Positions 63,947 to 64,000 of a stretch of 64,000 nt of DNA are shown one piece after another. Source of the DNA: Octopus bimaculoides (taxonomy: Eukaryota); NCBI RefSeq assembly GCF_001194135.2, contig NC_068997.1, positions 38,929,673-38,993,672 on the forward strand. The letters run 5' to 3'. How positions within the stretch are numbered: the first letter of the stretch is position 1; each line of letters starts with the position of its first letter. The notes under the pieces are model-generated. The model was not told the origin of the DNA and did not search any database. It saw only the letters and a program-made list of their open reading frames with translations. Made by a program: the position numbers and the translations under genes.

Positions 63947-64000
<54 letters not shown>

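Overview
AT-rich, repeat-dominated animal genomic DNA. It is probably an octopus scaffold, inferred from the SINE families and microsatellite load as I recall them; no database check was possible. About 15 N-gaps, mostly flanked by microsatellites, produce most of the long ORFs in the track, and those are artefacts. No intact long gene is present. Recognisable content is decayed retroelements: an RTE 3' end, three R4/Dong-like REL LINE relics, a HERO-like relic, an L1/Tx1-like element and four Penelope-like element (PLE) loci. There are also three tRNA-derived SINE families, a mariner derivative with about 200-bp TIRs, a TA-flanked foldback MITE and a Helentron-type HINE. The most interesting signals are: (1) several type I hammerhead-ribozyme (HHR) motifs with self-complementary stem III, one inside a 357-bp unit that looks like a tandem retrozyme-type repeat next to a gap (33.45-34.0 kb); (2) a phase-consistent spliced candidate gene for a small secreted Cys-rich peptide (59.3-62.7 kb); (3) a short (TAC)n-tailed element with ribozyme-like pairings (24.1 kb); (4) a 30-bp-stem hairpin (61.5 kb); and (5) orphan candidate exons at 27.5, 28.4 and 42.4 kb. 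All calls were made by eye.
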